From positions 248,622,001 to 248,686,000 of the forward strand of contig NC_086097.1 in the NCBI RefSeq assembly GCF_963921235.1: a stretch of DNA of 64,000 bases, written 5' to 3'. The notes under the pieces are model-generated. The model had not been told where the DNA came from, made no database searches, and saw nothing but the letters and a program-made list of their open reading frames with translations. Positions 63,528 to 64,000 of this stretch are shown here, one piece after another. The DNA comes from Mobula hypostoma (lineage: Eukaryota). The first letter of the stretch is position 1, and the number at the start of each line of letters is the position of its first letter. The position numbers and the translations under genes were made by a program.

Positions 63528-64000
63528 TAGTAATCTCGATTATTCCCAGTGCCATGGGCTGCTGCAGGTAGGAATGGGGTGGTAGCACAGACGGATGACT
63601 GGCTGCGGAGATGGTGTAGGGGACAGGGTTTCTAGTTCTTGGATCATTGGAAACTTTTCTGGGAGAGGGGTGACCTCTACAAGAGGGACGGTTGCACCTG
63701 AACTGTAAGGGGACCAATATCCTGGCTGGGAGGTTTGCTGATGCTTCTCAGGAGAGTTCAAACGGGGCTGGGAACTGGAGCCCCAGGTCAGTAAGGGACG
63801 GATCAGACTGGAAGGTAGATGTCAGGGTAAGTACTGAAAGGCAAAATTGAAATAACAGGTATGATGGATCGGATAGTTGGAGTGTGTATATTTTAATTCT
63901 TGGAGTATTTCAGTACTTGGATCTATGATGTTGTAGCCATTACTGAAACTTGATTGAGAGAGGGGCAGGAACGGGTGATTAATGCACCAGGTAAGTTTCG

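Larger units (their letters stand above)
62390..64000 (+). mobile_element. CR1 ORF1 (SGNH esterase-like) remnant leading into the ORF2 start, interrupted by a PLE
   Basis: 'VVIWDSVVMG' (for GDS), 'MCCLPGA', HIGTN-like 'catattggcaccaat' and DGLHLN-like 'gacggttgcacctgaac'. Confidence 0.75.

Overview
Eukaryotic, repeat-saturated vertebrate DNA. The repeat types (CR1 LINEs, Rex/L2-like LINE fragments, V-SINE-like elements, RTE-derived elements, Penelope-like elements) suggest a cartilaginous fish, probably a ray; this is an inference. I found no supportable host exon, rRNA, true tRNA gene or CRISPR array, so the window looks intronic or intergenic, and almost all ORF-track entries are decayed retroelement fragments or low-complexity artefacts. 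The most notable signal is a family of Penelope-like elements (PLEs, GIY-YIG endonuclease remnants) whose termini carry minimal type I hammerhead ribozyme motifs: YAGTC-CTGAYGA-helix II-GAAACGTC-GACTG, with a loop-less palindromic helix III. About six copies have the core largely or fully intact, several in young TSD-flanked insertions, some with inverted ends. Other observations: two independent minisatellites (43 bp and 63 bp units) amplified from the same PLE segment; a hAT MITE with a perfect 8-bp TSD carrying a LINE fragment; an RLE-type (Hero-like) non-LTR fragment; a decayed Mag-like Gypsy provirus; a possible degraded HDV-like ribozyme in an RTE-derived repeat; and unique islands with NF-kB/AP-1 and ARE motifs. 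Repeat boundaries were read by eye and are approximate unless a TSD is quoted.
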